A stretch of 64,000 nt of DNA from an uncultured virus (IMG/VR IMGVR_UViG_3300046750_000723) (IMGVR_UViG_3300046750_000723), one strand, 5' to 3'. Numbered from the stretch's first letter, positions 23,163 through 33,113 are shown. Notes: generated by a model from the letters alone, not told the origin. A program made the numbers and translations.

Positions 23163-24016
23163 TGGATTTAAATAAAGAGGCAGAGAAAATAAGAAAAATA
23201 CTAAATAAAAGAAGAGAAGATATAAGTTTAACTTTTATTGAGGAAGACCATTTATATTTCATGAGGGATAATAATGGTATGATTAGGTCTAATTATCCAT
23301 CGGTATCCAAGGTTATAAAAAAATTCTATGAAGAGTTTGATTCTGAAGGTATCTCATGGAGAATGTCTAAGGGAGACAAACAAAAACAGAAAGAATTATT
23401 AAAGGAGTGGGCCGATAAAGGAACTTACGCAACTAACCAAGGGAGTAGGGTACATTACATTTTAGAAAAAGAGTTGATCTCAGAGTACGGAGATTATAAA
23501 GATGTAAGAGAACCAATATATCAATGTGATGAGGAACAAATAGAACGAAGTAATAATATGATAGGTGCGGGAAAAGACTTTATAAAGTTAATGCACGAAA
23601 GAAATGCAGTATTACTCGATACGGAAATTGTCTTAGGTGATCCTGATTTAGGTTATGTGGGTCAACCTGATAAGGTGTGGTTAGTTGAGAATAAAGAAGG
23701 TACCGATTATGGTATTGTTATTACTGATTGGAAAACAAATAAACCTGAAAACTTTAAAAAGAAACATTACACAAAAAAAATGTATCCACCTTTTGATAAT
23801 GTAGATAGTACTGCATTAGGTCACTATTATTTACAACTACCCTTTTACGGTAGACTTCTTATGAAGATGTTAGAGGGTTCGGATTTTGAACACAAGAAAT
23901 TGTTAGGTTGTATAATCGTCTTGGTAAAGGAAGATATGAGTTATGAGGAATATAGGGTACCTAAAGATGTCACACATAAAATCCTTTTAATGGATATGGA
24001 TAAAGTTTTAAAATAA
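23162..24016 (+). CDS. PD-(D/E)xK exonuclease (Cas4/RecB-like)
   Basis: PSVS..I, GSRVH, GQPD...DWKT and YLQLxxY motifs. Confidence 0.75.
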   Translation: MDLNKEAEKIRKILNKRREDISLTFIEEDHLYFMRDNNGMIRSNYPSVSKVIKKFYEEFDSEGISWRMSKGDKQKQKELLKEWADKGTYATNQGSRVHYILEKELISEYGDYKDVREPIYQCDEEQIERSNNMIGAGKDFIKLMHERNAVLLDTEIVLGDPDLGYVGQPDKVWLVENKEGTDYGIVITDWKTNKPENFKKKHYTKKMYPPFDNVDSTALGHYYLQLPFYGRLLMKMLEGSDFEHKKLLGCIIVLVKEDMSYEEYRVPKDVTHKILLMDMDKVLK

Positions 24017-24465
24017 TGGGAAAAGGAAAGATAGGTTTTACTGCGGGTAATTTTGATTTATTACATCCGGGTTATATATACACTTTCGAGACCGCAAAAC
24101 AACATTGTGATTGGTTTATTGTCTTCCTACAAAGAGATCCATCTTTACATAGAAAAAGTAAATATAAACCTGTTATCCCTCTTTACGAAAGATATAAAAC
24201 TCTAATGTCTATACAATACATAGATGAAGTATTCGTATACCAAACAGAAGAAGAATTATTAGAATTGATAAATATAATTAAACCTGATATCAGAATATTG
24301 GGTGAAGATTATTTAGGTAAAGATTTCACAGGGAAAGAACTACCAATAGAGGTAATATATACAACTAGATCCCATAATTGGTCAACTACTAAAATAAAAG
24401 ATCTTATTACAAGACAGACCATACAACAAAACCCAAACATATTAAATGATGGAGAAGAAATTTAA
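24016..24465 (+). CDS. Cytidylyltransferase-family protein (TagD/RfaE-like)
   Basis: AGNFDLLHPGY (HxGH-like motif), KPD...GEDY, RSHNWSTT. Confidence 0.85.
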   Translation: MGKGKIGFTAGNFDLLHPGYIYTFETAKQHCDWFIVFLQRDPSLHRKSKYKPVIPLYERYKTLMSIQYIDEVFVYQTEEELLELINIIKPDIRILGEDYLGKDFTGKELPIEVIYTTRSHNWSTTKIKDLITRQTIQQNPNILNDGEEI

Positions 24466-25201
24466 GAAAGGAGTTATTGCGGGTAATTTTGATATTATTC
24501 ATCCAGGTTATGTTCACATGTTTAAAGAGTGTTTCGATCAATGTGAAGAGTTTATAATTTTATTACATACCGATCCATCAATTGAAAGACCTAAAGAAAA
24601 ATTAAAACCAATTTTAGATATACAGGAAAGAATGCAGATCCTTTTCTCTATAAGATTCATTTCAAATATATATACATATACATATGAAAAGGATTTGGTT
24701 GAACTTCTTAAAGAGATAAAACCCGACGTAAGGTTCCAAGGTGTTGACTATAAAGACCGAAAATTCACTGGCGATGAGTTAGATATTCCAATATCATGGA
24801 TTAATAGGGATCATGGATGGTCTACCACAAAATTTAAAAAACTGATAAGTGAGTCGACTTATCAAAGTGAGGTTAAACCTTGGGGTGAATATAAAGTAGT
24901 TTACGAAACAGATAAATGTAAAGTAAAGAATATTATATTAAATCCAGAACAAAGAATGTCTTACCAATACCATACTGAAAGGCAGGAGGTATGGACAGTC
25001 ACCAAAGGAACTTTGACCATTGTATTAGATGATGAAAAAATTTTTAGAGGTGAGGGACAATCAGTTAGAATACCTAAAGGGAGAAAACACAGAGCATGGA
25101 ATGAGACAGATGAGGTTGTTGAATTTGTAGAAGTCCAAACAGGAACTTACTTTGGTGAGGACGATATCATTAGAATAGAAGACGATTATAAAAGAGAGTA
25201 A
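24446..25201 (+). CDS. Cytidylyltransferase fused to mannose-6-phosphate isomerase type II-like cupin
   Basis: AGNFDIIHPGY...RDHGWSTT followed by KPWG, SYQYH..RQEVW, HR and EVQTGTYFGEDDIIRIEDDY. Confidence 0.85.
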   Translation: MMEKKFKKGVIAGNFDIIHPGYVHMFKECFDQCEEFIILLHTDPSIERPKEKLKPILDIQERMQILFSIRFISNIYTYTYEKDLVELLKEIKPDVRFQGVDYKDRKFTGDELDIPISWINRDHGWSTTKFKKLISESTYQSEVKPWGEYKVVYETDKCKVKNIILNPEQRMSYQYHTERQEVWTVTKGTLTIVLDDEKIFRGEGQSVRIPKGRKHRAWNETDEVVEFVEVQTGTYFGEDDIIRIEDDYKRE

Positions 25202-25202
25202 T

Positions 25203-25442
25203 ATGAAAACAGTTAAAAATAATAGTGAAGACGTAAGAAGAGTTGATGACTCTACTGCAGAAATGTTGGTTAGTAGTGGTTCTTGGTTTTATTGTAGTAA
25301 AGAAGAATATAAGAAAAATAGAAAATCTGTTAAGGTAAAAACTAACAACAAAACCGAAACTAAAGATATAGAAAACAGAGGTTTATCAGATAAAAAACTT
25401 AGAAGAGAAAGAAAACGAGCTAAATCAAATAGAAATGATTAA
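25203..25442 (+). CDS. Small basic hypothetical protein
   Basis: ORF track; tightly packed between neighbours; K/R-rich. Confidence 0.6.
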   Translation: MKTVKNNSEDVRRVDDSTAEMLVSSGSWFYCSKEEYKKNRKSVKVKTNNKTETKDIENRGLSDKKLRRERKRAKSNRND

Positions 25443-26238
25443 AAAAATTATACATACTGCCGACATACATATACGTAGGACTAAGTACCACGATATGTAT
25501 ATTGAACAATTTGAAAAGTTTATTGAGAGTGCTAAGGAACAAGTAAAGGGTTATGAATACCACGAAATAAGGGTCGTTATTGCGGGTGACTTGGTTCATG
25601 AAAAGATAAACATATCTAACGAACAATTAGTAATATTATCTAAATTCTTAAATGACATTACTCGTGAAATAGGTAAGGTAGTTATCATACCCGGTAATCA
25701 TGATTTCTTAGAAAATAATCACGAAAGGGTTGATAGTATAACACCTGTTGTTGAAATGATGAAAAACGACAACATTGTCTACTATAAAGATAGTGAGGTT
25801 TATAAAGACGAGAATATTAATTGGGTTGTCTACTCACTATACCAACACAATCAAAGACCTGTATTTGAAAAAGAAGACGGGTTATATGTCGGTCTTTTCC
25901 ATAGTCCAATTGCGGGATTATCCACCGACACTGGTTATGAGTTTGAAGACGGATATTCTCCTTTAAATTTTAAGGACCTTGACATATTATTATGTGGAGA
26001 CATTCATAAGAGACAAGTTTTTGAATTACCTGATGGTGGGAGAGCGGTTATGGTTGGTTCATTAGTACAACAAAACTTTGGCGAAACGGTAAAACATCAC
26101 GGATATGGTATTTATGATGTAGAGACCGATGACTATGAGTTCTTTGATTTGGAAAACAAACAACCATTTCTTCACTTCTCAATAAACGACATTAAAGATA
26201 TTGATGATGAAAAAGAAATCCTCCTTAATATTGGATGA
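25435..26238 (+). CDS. Mre11/SbcD-like metallophosphoesterase nuclease
   Basis: ADIH, AGDL, GNHD, FH and GDIH motifs; GSLVQQNFGE; lies near a Rad50-like gene. Confidence 0.85.
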   Translation: MIKKIIHTADIHIRRTKYHDMYIEQFEKFIESAKEQVKGYEYHEIRVVIAGDLVHEKINISNEQLVILSKFLNDITREIGKVVIIPGNHDFLENNHERVDSITPVVEMMKNDNIVYYKDSEVYKDENINWVVYSLYQHNQRPVFEKEDGLYVGLFHSPIAGLSTDTGYEFEDGYSPLNFKDLDILLCGDIHKRQVFELPDGGRAVMVGSLVQQNFGETVKHHGYGIYDVETDDYEFFDLENKQPFLHFSINDIKDIDDEKEILLNIG

Positions 26239-26791
26239 TGAATTCCTTGAATACTGTGAACTAAATAAAATAGTTAAGGTAAACAAGTTAGCAAAGGAAA
26301 CATTTGACAGAGGATTCACTATCTTAAAATACGGTGAAACTCCCTCCTTTTTAAAAGGTAAGGAAGTCATTAAGGAGATTGAGAAAGAAGTCGTAAAAGA
26401 AATTGAAGTAATCAAAGAAGTAGAAAAACCTGTTGAAGTAATCAAAGAGGTTGAAAAGATAGTTGAAGTAGAAAAACCTATCGAAGTAATAGTAGAAAAG
26501 GAAATATACATAACTGATGACGAGCAGGTCAAACAACTCGGTGATAAAATCTCTGAATTAGAAAAAGATAAAAAAGGACTATCAAAAAAAGTCACCTCAC
26601 TTGAGACAAAACTTAAAAAGAAACCTAAGAAAGTTGTAAAGGAGGTTATCAATAACGATGAGATTGAGAAATTGAAAGAAGAGAATAAAAAACTTAAAGA
26701 GGAGTTAGAAAAAATAACCTCATCTCTATCCAACCTAAACAAAGCAAAATACATTAAAAATTCCAACCTAAACTCATTATACGACGAGTAA
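26201..26791 (+). CDS. Hypothetical protein with VIKEVEKPVE repeats and coiled coil
   Basis: Low-complexity E/K/V/I/P repeats in the translation. Confidence 0.6.
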   Translation: MMMKKKSSLILDDEFLEYCELNKIVKVNKLAKETFDRGFTILKYGETPSFLKGKEVIKEIEKEVVKEIEVIKEVEKPVEVIKEVEKIVEVEKPIEVIVEKEIYITDDEQVKQLGDKISELEKDKKGLSKKVTSLETKLKKKPKKVVKEVINNDEIEKLKEENKKLKEELEKITSSLSNLNKAKYIKNSNLNSLYDE

Positions 26792-26797
26792 ACGGGG

Positions 26798-26828
26798 TTG
26801 ACTCTTAATATTAATTTACGTATCTTTT
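26798..26828 (+). promoter_or_regulatory. Class II promoter-like motif TTGACT-N17-TATCTT
   Basis: The same spacing recurs at 37882, 38370 and 41181, each just before a start codon. Confidence 0.6.
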
Positions 26829-26831
26829 AAT

Positions 26832-27143
26832 ATGATAGGTTTATTAATATTTTGGAGTTTTATGGCGTATGGAATGACGACCATAATAGTATACGGATCA
26901 ATATTCGAAGGTCTTCGTAATTGGATCAACAAACACTCAAAGTTTTTCGGTGAATTAGTTAATTGTCCTCTATGTACATCAACATGGGTGGGTTTCTTTT
27001 TATCGTTAACCTTAGGAGGTATAAGTTCAAAAATTTTCTCGGTAGGTTATTTTGGGATATTCTTTGACGGATTATTCACCGCGGGTGTCGTTTGGGCAAT
27101 AAACTCTTTTGTAGAATTTTTCGAAGAAAGTAGAATAAAATAA
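26832..27143 (+). CDS. Membrane protein, DUF1360-like
   Basis: Hydrophobic helices with GELVNCPLCTSTWVG. Confidence 0.6.
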   Translation: MIGLLIFWSFMAYGMTTIIVYGSIFEGLRNWINKHSKFFGELVNCPLCTSTWVGFFLSLTLGGISSKIFSVGYFGIFFDGLFTAGVVWAINSFVEFFEESRIK

Positions 27144-27151
27144 GACCATGA

Positions 27152-27664
27152 ATGTTTATACCGGGTAAATTCAATGATACTCTTATTAGGAATGAAGTGA
27201 TTAAATTTTTTAAACAACGGTTTAGAATTAATTTAAAACATAATGACATACACAATAAGATAGATCTTGTAGGTATAAACGATCCCACGTTAGGTGTGGA
27301 GGTTGAACATGGTAAATGGAGCGGTAATTTTTGGGAAAACAACAATTACTCACTTATATCTGAACAGTCTTTTAGGACTGCAAATATCCCAATTAGGAAA
27401 GAGAAGTATTGGTTAGATGAATATACGTACTACAATAAAGTAAGGGTTAATCCAAGTAGTCATAAGAATATATTTGTAAGGTCTAATGTTGATTTCACTC
27501 AGTTCTTGATCATTCGTCCCGAGACGGTTAGGAATTCTAAAAAGTTAGTTAGAACCAAATTTAAACCTTCAAACAGTAATGAAGTTGAGGAATGGTTATC
27601 CTTCAGGGAAAGTGATGTAGAAACTTACAATGTAAAAAATGGAAAATACTATAAAGTAAAATAA
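27152..27664 (+). CDS. Putative PD-(D/E)xK-type endonuclease
   Basis: IDLVG...GVEVEH pattern; basic protein. The call is tentative. Confidence 0.4.
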   Translation: MFIPGKFNDTLIRNEVIKFFKQRFRINLKHNDIHNKIDLVGINDPTLGVEVEHGKWSGNFWENNNYSLISEQSFRTANIPIRKEKYWLDEYTYYNKVRVNPSSHKNIFVRSNVDFTQFLIIRPETVRNSKKLVRTKFKPSNSNEVEEWLSFRESDVETYNVKNGKYYKVK

Positions 27665-30004
27665 ATGAAACACGAAAATCCATACATAAAAGTAACATGG
27701 CATGATACCCCTGAAGCATTCACACCTGAAAAAATGAAGAGGGTTAAAAATTACTTTAAAGAAAAATACAACACTAGATTCATTAAGGTAATTACCAAAA
27801 TTCAAACCACAAACAATAATAATAAACTAAAATCACTAGAAATAAGTGAAAGTATTTTAGATCCTAATTATCAGAAGTTATTAATGAATGACTTCATTAA
27901 ACAAAATAACATTGTTACTCATGGTGACATGATTGATAGATTAGATAATAAGGTTAATGAAACTATTTTTGCACAAGATGAGACAATTATCAAGTATAAT
28001 AGGTGGTATATTAAAAATGTTGAGTTTTCAAACTTTCTATCTTTTGGGGAAAACAATAAAATAGATTTTGAGAATTTAGACGGTATTACTGTTGTGGAAT
28101 CTAATCCAAGGAATTTTGGTGGGAAATCTACCTCTACAGTAGATTTATTAATGTTTTTATTCTTTAACAGCACCACCAAAACAAACAAATCTGAAGAGAT
28201 TTTTAATAGATTTACCGATAAAAACCGTGTACATGTAAAAGGTGTGATAACTATCGATGGTGAGGACTATGTGATTGAAAGAGAAGTAACTAGAAAATTA
28301 GGTAGATCTGAGAAATACACAGTAAAAAATGATTTACAGTTTCATAAAATTCTTGAAGATGGCACATATAAGAACTTATCGGGAGAACAACGTAAAGAAA
28401 CGGAAAAGTTCATTGTCAAAGCAATAGGAACGAAAAAAGACTTCCTCTCAACAATATTAACCACAGGATATAACTTAGAGGAGTTGATAGACACCAAACC
28501 AACCGAAAGAGGTCAAATACTTACGAAATTTATAGGTCTAGAGGCGTTAAAAGAGAAGGAAAGGGTTTGTAGGGAAATGAAAAACACCTATGAAAGAAAG
28601 ATGTTATCTAACACTAAAGATAAGTTTACCTTAGAGAATCAGATAGAGACATATTATGATCAGATTAAAATAAAGGATGGGGAAATTTCTAAGAAAAAGA
28701 AGGATTTAACAGATGCAACTAAAAAATTAAAAGATTTAGAAGAAAAGAAAGAGAAAATATTAAGTGAGAAACACACTGATGTTGATCAGACCTTAGTGAA
28801 GACCAATCCAACCACAATTAAGAGTGAAATTAAAGATTGTGATGAAAAAATAAAAAGACTTAATAAGACTTTAAAAGAAACAGTTGTAAAGGAACCTAAA
28901 GATTATTATTTAGAAGAAAAACATGATTCAATAAAGGACTTATTGAGGGATTTATCATTTAAAGTAAAGGAGGATACTCACAACATAAAAAAATGTGAGG
29001 ACCAAATACACCAATTAACTGAGGGGAGCACATGTCCTACATGTAAACGACCTTTAGAGGGCGTGGACCACACCAAAGAAATAAACTCTAAAAAATTAGA
29101 AATCAAGGATTTTGAGAAAACCATTGATAAAACTAATAAGACAATTGAAATAACGACCGAAGAGGAAGTCAAATTCTCAACACTGAAAAAAGAATACGAG
29201 ACCTATGAAAAAAATAAACTTATCAATACTCGATACGAACTTGAGATTAGACAAATCGAGATGGATAAGAAGGATAAAAAAAACAAACTAGAATTTTTTG
29301 AAGCTAACAAAAAGAAACACGAAAGAAATATACAAATAGATAAAGATCTAATAGTACTCAGAACTCAAATAGACACTGCGTCTTCTGACATTAAACAATC
29401 AAATATTTTGGTTGAAAGGTATAAGAATGATATAAAGAACTTTAACGAAAAAATCGACATTAATAAGAAATTAATAAAAGAAATATTGGTGGAGGAGAAA
29501 GTTTTAGAAACATATAAAGTATATTTAACCGTGTTTGGTAAAAATGGTATTTCTAAAACTATTCTGAGAGACATGATCCCATTTTTAAACAATGAACTAA
29601 GTCATTTATTGGATGATAGTTGTATGTTTAAATTAGAGATTAAAATTAATAGTAGTAATGAACTTGATTTCATAATGATAGATACAGATACCAGGGTTGT
29701 GAAACCCCTTTACGCTGGTTCGGGGTATGAAAGAACAATTGCATCCTTAGCACTTAGAAGTGTACTAACAAAGGTTTCATCATTACCAAAACCAAACATT
29801 GTAGTTATGGATGAAGTATTTGGGAAGATTGCGGACGAAAATTTAGAAATGGTGGGTGAATTCTTCATCAAAATTAAAGAATATTTCGAACACATACTAG
29901 TAATTTCACATAACCCATTAATTAGGACATGGTCGGATAACCTACTTATGATTGAGAAAAATGAAAACATATCATCAATACAATCAATTAATACAAAAAT
30001 ATAA
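27665..30004 (+). CDS. Rad50/SbcC-like ATPase with N-terminal extension
   Basis: NFLSFG, Walker A-like NFGGKST, coiled coils with CPTC zinc hook, SGYE signature, VVMDE Walker B, VISH. Confidence 0.9.
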   Translation: MKHENPYIKVTWHDTPEAFTPEKMKRVKNYFKEKYNTRFIKVITKIQTTNNNNKLKSLEISESILDPNYQKLLMNDFIKQNNIVTHGDMIDRLDNKVNETIFAQDETIIKYNRWYIKNVEFSNFLSFGENNKIDFENLDGITVVESNPRNFGGKSTSTVDLLMFLFFNSTTKTNKSEEIFNRFTDKNRVHVKGVITIDGEDYVIEREVTRKLGRSEKYTVKNDLQFHKILEDGTYKNLSGEQRKETEKFIVKAIGTKKDFLSTILTTGYNLEELIDTKPTERGQILTKFIGLEALKEKERVCREMKNTYERKMLSNTKDKFTLENQIETYYDQIKIKDGEISKKKKDLTDATKKLKDLEEKKEKILSEKHTDVDQTLVKTNPTTIKSEIKDCDEKIKRLNKTLKETVVKEPKDYYLEEKHDSIKDLLRDLSFKVKEDTHNIKKCEDQIHQLTEGSTCPTCKRPLEGVDHTKEINSKKLEIKDFEKTIDKTNKTIEITTEEEVKFSTLKKEYETYEKNKLINTRYELEIRQIEMDKKDKKNKLEFFEANKKKHERNIQIDKDLIVLRTQIDTASSDIKQSNILVERYKNDIKNFNEKIDINKKLIKEILVEEKVLETYKVYLTVFGKNGISKTILRDMIPFLNNELSHLLDDSCMFKLEIKINSSNELDFIMIDTDTRVVKPLYAGSGYERTIASLALRSVLTKVSSLPKPNIVVMDEVFGKIADENLEMVGEFFIKIKEYFEHILVISHNPLIRTWSDNLLMIEKNENISSIQSINTKI

Positions 30005-30063
30005 CAAGAATACTTGTACATTCAACAAATTTGTTTAACTTTGAAAAATCAACAAAACACATT

Positions 30064-30738
30064 ATGATACCAAAAGAATATAAAGATTTCAACCTTTACG
30101 CAAGAGACCAAAAAGTGAGTGGTTCTCAATTAGATTATTACAATAAACAAATAGAGAATAGTCTAACTCCTTATATATTAGAAGAGAGACAAATGAACGT
30201 TACCGTAATGGATGTGTTCTCAAGATTAATGATGGAGAGAATCATATGGGTTGCGGGTCCTGTGAATGATAACATGTCAACAATCGTTCAGGCACAACTT
30301 ATGTTCTTAGATAGTATCGATAATAATGACATTACAATGCATATCGACACACCAGGTGGTTCTGTTAAATCGGGTCTGTCTATGGTGGATGTAATGGATT
30401 ATATAGATTCCGACATACAAACCATTAATACGGGAATGGCGGCGTCTATGGGTTCTATTCTTTTAGGTGCAGGAACCAAAGGGAAAAGAGGGTCACTTAG
30501 ATTTTCAAGAACAATGTTACATCAATCAAGTGGAGGTTTTAGAGGAAACATACAAGATGCGGAAATTGACATGGTTGAGTGGAAAAAACTTAATCACCAA
30601 CTATTCGATCTTTTAGGGGAGTACTGTGATAAACCAGCGTCGGTAGTCATGGAGGACGCAACTCGTGATATGTGGTTATCCGCAGACGAGGCACTTAAGT
30701 ATGGAATCATCGACAAAGTGGTAAAAAAGAAAAAATAA
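30064..30738 (+). CDS. clpP: ATP-dependent Clp protease proteolytic subunit
   Basis: DVFSRLMMERII, TPGGSV, AASMGS (Ser), MLHQ (His), RDMW (Asp). The LTPYILEERQ N-terminus resembles Bacteroidota ClpP. Confidence 0.95.
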   Translation: MIPKEYKDFNLYARDQKVSGSQLDYYNKQIENSLTPYILEERQMNVTVMDVFSRLMMERIIWVAGPVNDNMSTIVQAQLMFLDSIDNNDITMHIDTPGGSVKSGLSMVDVMDYIDSDIQTINTGMAASMGSILLGAGTKGKRGSLRFSRTMLHQSSGGFRGNIQDAEIDMVEWKKLNHQLFDLLGEYCDKPASVVMEDATRDMWLSADEALKYGIIDKVVKKKK

Positions 30739-30776
30739 ATAAAAATCAATATTTATAGGAATATAACATACACAAC

Positions 30777-31472
30777 ATGAAACGTTTATTAAACATGGAT
30801 ATCAAAACAGTTGCGATCATCGTGTTATGTGTATTCCTTTTATTAAGAAATTGTTCGAATGGTGATTCCGAGACTCGAGACATAGTTAAGGTTGACGGTA
30901 AAAAGTACGAATTATTAGAACAAAAGGTCGATACCGTAATTATTGAAAAGACTGTTAAAGTTCCAACCTATGTACCGAAGTACATTACTAAAGAGGTAAT
31001 AAAAGAAGTTAAGATTCCTGCAGATATAGATTCATTGGCGGTAGTTAAAGATTACTACACCAAAATAACTGTAAGAGATACATTACAACTTGATTACGAT
31101 TTTCCCGAAGAGGTTAAGGATTCGTTAGGTAATAAACCACCATCTAATTTAGGTTACGGTATTTTGACCGACGTGATTAGTCAGAACTCCATACAATCGA
31201 GAAATGTAAATTGGGTCTTTAAAATACCTACTGTATATAATACTAAAATTGTTAAGGATTTACCTAAAACACAATTGTATTATGGTTTTAATTTAGGTTT
31301 AAATAGAACAGATATCTTCTCAAGTGTCGGAGGAGGACTTATATTGAAGACTAAGAAGGATAAATTATACCAACTTAATATTGGTTTAATAAATCAACCG
31401 ACCCCCACATCAAGTCTTACACCTTACATTGGTGGTGGTATGTATTGGAAGTTAAATCTTAAGAAAAAATAA
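30777..31472 (+). CDS. Membrane-anchored or lipoprotein-like protein (possible spanin-like)
   Basis: N-terminal hydrophobic helix ending LLRNC; C-terminal amphipathic strands (YIGGGMYWKL). Confidence 0.45.
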   Translation: MKRLLNMDIKTVAIIVLCVFLLLRNCSNGDSETRDIVKVDGKKYELLEQKVDTVIIEKTVKVPTYVPKYITKEVIKEVKIPADIDSLAVVKDYYTKITVRDTLQLDYDFPEEVKDSLGNKPPSNLGYGILTDVISQNSIQSRNVNWVFKIPTVYNTKIVKDLPKTQLYYGFNLGLNRTDIFSSVGGGLILKTKKDKLYQLNIGLINQPTPTSSLTPYIGGGMYWKLNLKKK

Positions 31473-31925
31473 ATGACAAATACTTTTATACTTTTTATTT
31501 TCGGTATGTTTGAGGACACTGAGGATATTGAGTTCTATTGTAATGAAATACTATTAGAAAATCCTGCGGTTAAATCATTAAGATTTATAGTAGAAAATTC
31601 TAAGAATTTAATAGTATTAATAGAGTCAGATAAAACACAAAAAGAATTGAGTAAATCACTACATAAAGATTTACTTGATCAGAACGTAAAATTCTATTTT
31701 ATATTTAGGAGAGATGAGATCGTGTCTGCACACATACCTGAACAAGTAAAGAAATTTATTTATGGGGAAGTAAAGGAAGAGGAGAAATATATTATGGTAC
31801 AGTATTCTAAGATAAGTAAGGTTGATTCACTTGACTTAGATGAGGTTCTTGAAAAAATTAAAAACAAAGGAATAGATAGTTTAACAAAAGACGAAAAAAA
31901 GTTCTTAGATAATTTTGATTATTGA
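31473..31925 (+). CDS. Hypothetical protein with C-terminal DUF6576-like motif
   Basis: LDEVLEKIKNKGIDSLTKDEKKFL. Confidence 0.55.
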   Translation: MTNTFILFIFGMFEDTEDIEFYCNEILLENPAVKSLRFIVENSKNLIVLIESDKTQKELSKSLHKDLLDQNVKFYFIFRRDEIVSAHIPEQVKKFIYGEVKEEEKYIMVQYSKISKVDSLDLDEVLEKIKNKGIDSLTKDEKKFLDNFDY

Positions 31926-31980
31926 CTTTGTTTACATATTTTAGTAGTTCAGTATTCACATTTAAAAATTTACCACAACC

Positions 31981-32793
31981 ATGAACAAAAGCAACAGTTT
32001 TCTAAACACCGAAGAGATAAGTTTCTACCTTAAAGACGTAAAAAAAATACCAACAACCAACAACAAAAGACTTAAAGAAATTATTCATAGTCTTAAACAA
32101 GAAAACATAACCGAAAAAGAAAAATCGGCGTTACAACATGAGTTGGTAAAAGGTAATCTTAGGTTTGTTATTAGTGTTGCTAAACAATATTCAAATCAGG
32201 GGTTAGATTTACCTGATTTAATTTCAGAAGGAAATATTGGTATGATTAGAGCATCTGAAGAATTTGACCCTCATAAAAAAGTCAGATTCATTTCTTATGC
32301 TGTGTGGTGGATTAGACAGGCAATAATGTCTTCTTTGAATGAAAATGCAAGAACAATAAGATTACCATCTAATATTATTCAAGAACATCAGAAAGCAAAA
32401 AGAATGGTAGTTTCTGAAGATGATCCCGATTTTGTGGAAAAATATAACAAACAGGCTTCACAATATGTTCCAAAAACCGTAAGTTTAAGTAATCCTATTA
32501 ATGAAGAAGGTGATCAATTGATTGATATTGTCGTTAATAAGGACTCTCTGAATCCTGAGAGTTATTTGGAAAATGAACAAGAAAGAAAAAAACAAGTGAA
32601 GAACGCTCTATCAATTCTAAACGATAAAGAAAGAACGATAATTGAAAAATACTTTGGATTAAATGGGGTACAATGTAATTTAGAAGACTTGGGTGAAGAG
32701 TTTGGATGTACCAAAGAAAGGATCAGACAGGTAAAAGAAAAGGCAATGAAAAAACTTAGAAACGAGAGTTTTACATTATTAAAATATTTATAA
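31981..32793 (+). CDS. RNA polymerase sigma-70 family factor (Bacteroidota RpoD-like)
   Basis: Region 2 NLRFVISVAKQY..DLISEGNIG..FISYAVWWIRQAI; region 4 TKERIRQVKEKAMKKLR; no region 1.1. Confidence 0.95.
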   Translation: MNKSNSFLNTEEISFYLKDVKKIPTTNNKRLKEIIHSLKQENITEKEKSALQHELVKGNLRFVISVAKQYSNQGLDLPDLISEGNIGMIRASEEFDPHKKVRFISYAVWWIRQAIMSSLNENARTIRLPSNIIQEHQKAKRMVVSEDDPDFVEKYNKQASQYVPKTVSLSNPINEEGDQLIDIVVNKDSLNPESYLENEQERKKQVKNALSILNDKERTIIEKYFGLNGVQCNLEDLGEEFGCTKERIRQVKEKAMKKLRNESFTLLKYL

Positions 32794-32810
32794 TAGGAAA
32801 AAATATAATT

Positions 32811-33113
32811 ATGAAAAAATTTTTAGAAAAACATTTTATCACTGTAGTTTTCGTCATATTACTTTTTACCTTTTTTAGAGGTTGTGGTGATAGTAGAGAA
32901 ATGTCTGCATTGAAAAAAGAAATGGTAGAATTAAAGGAGTTCACCAAAGAAAGAACTTATACTAAAGAACAATTAGATCTAAGATTAAAAATCGAAGGAT
33001 TAAAGAGTGAACATAGAATGATACAGGCAACTGACAGAAAAATGTTTGACTTAAACAGACAAACTCAAATTGAAAAAGAGTTAGAGCTATTACAAAGTGA
33101 ACTTTTAAAGTAG
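32811..33113 (+). CDS. Membrane-anchored coiled-coil protein (possible spanin-like)
   Basis: N-terminal TM ending FFRGC, then a coiled coil. Confidence 0.45.
   Translation: MKKFLEKHFITVVFVILLFTFFRGCGDSREMSALKKEMVELKEFTKERTYTKEQLDLRLKIEGLKSEHRMIQATDRKMFDLNRQTQIEKELELLQSELLK

Noticed and set aside
23162..24016. Cas4-like nuclease as evidence of CRISPR-Cas
   Set aside because: Stand-alone PD-(D/E)xK exonucleases are common in phage replication modules; no other cas genes or array are present.
26179..26766. 195-aa minus-strand S/F/T-rich ORF
   Set aside because: Antisense shadow of the E/K/V repeat gene.
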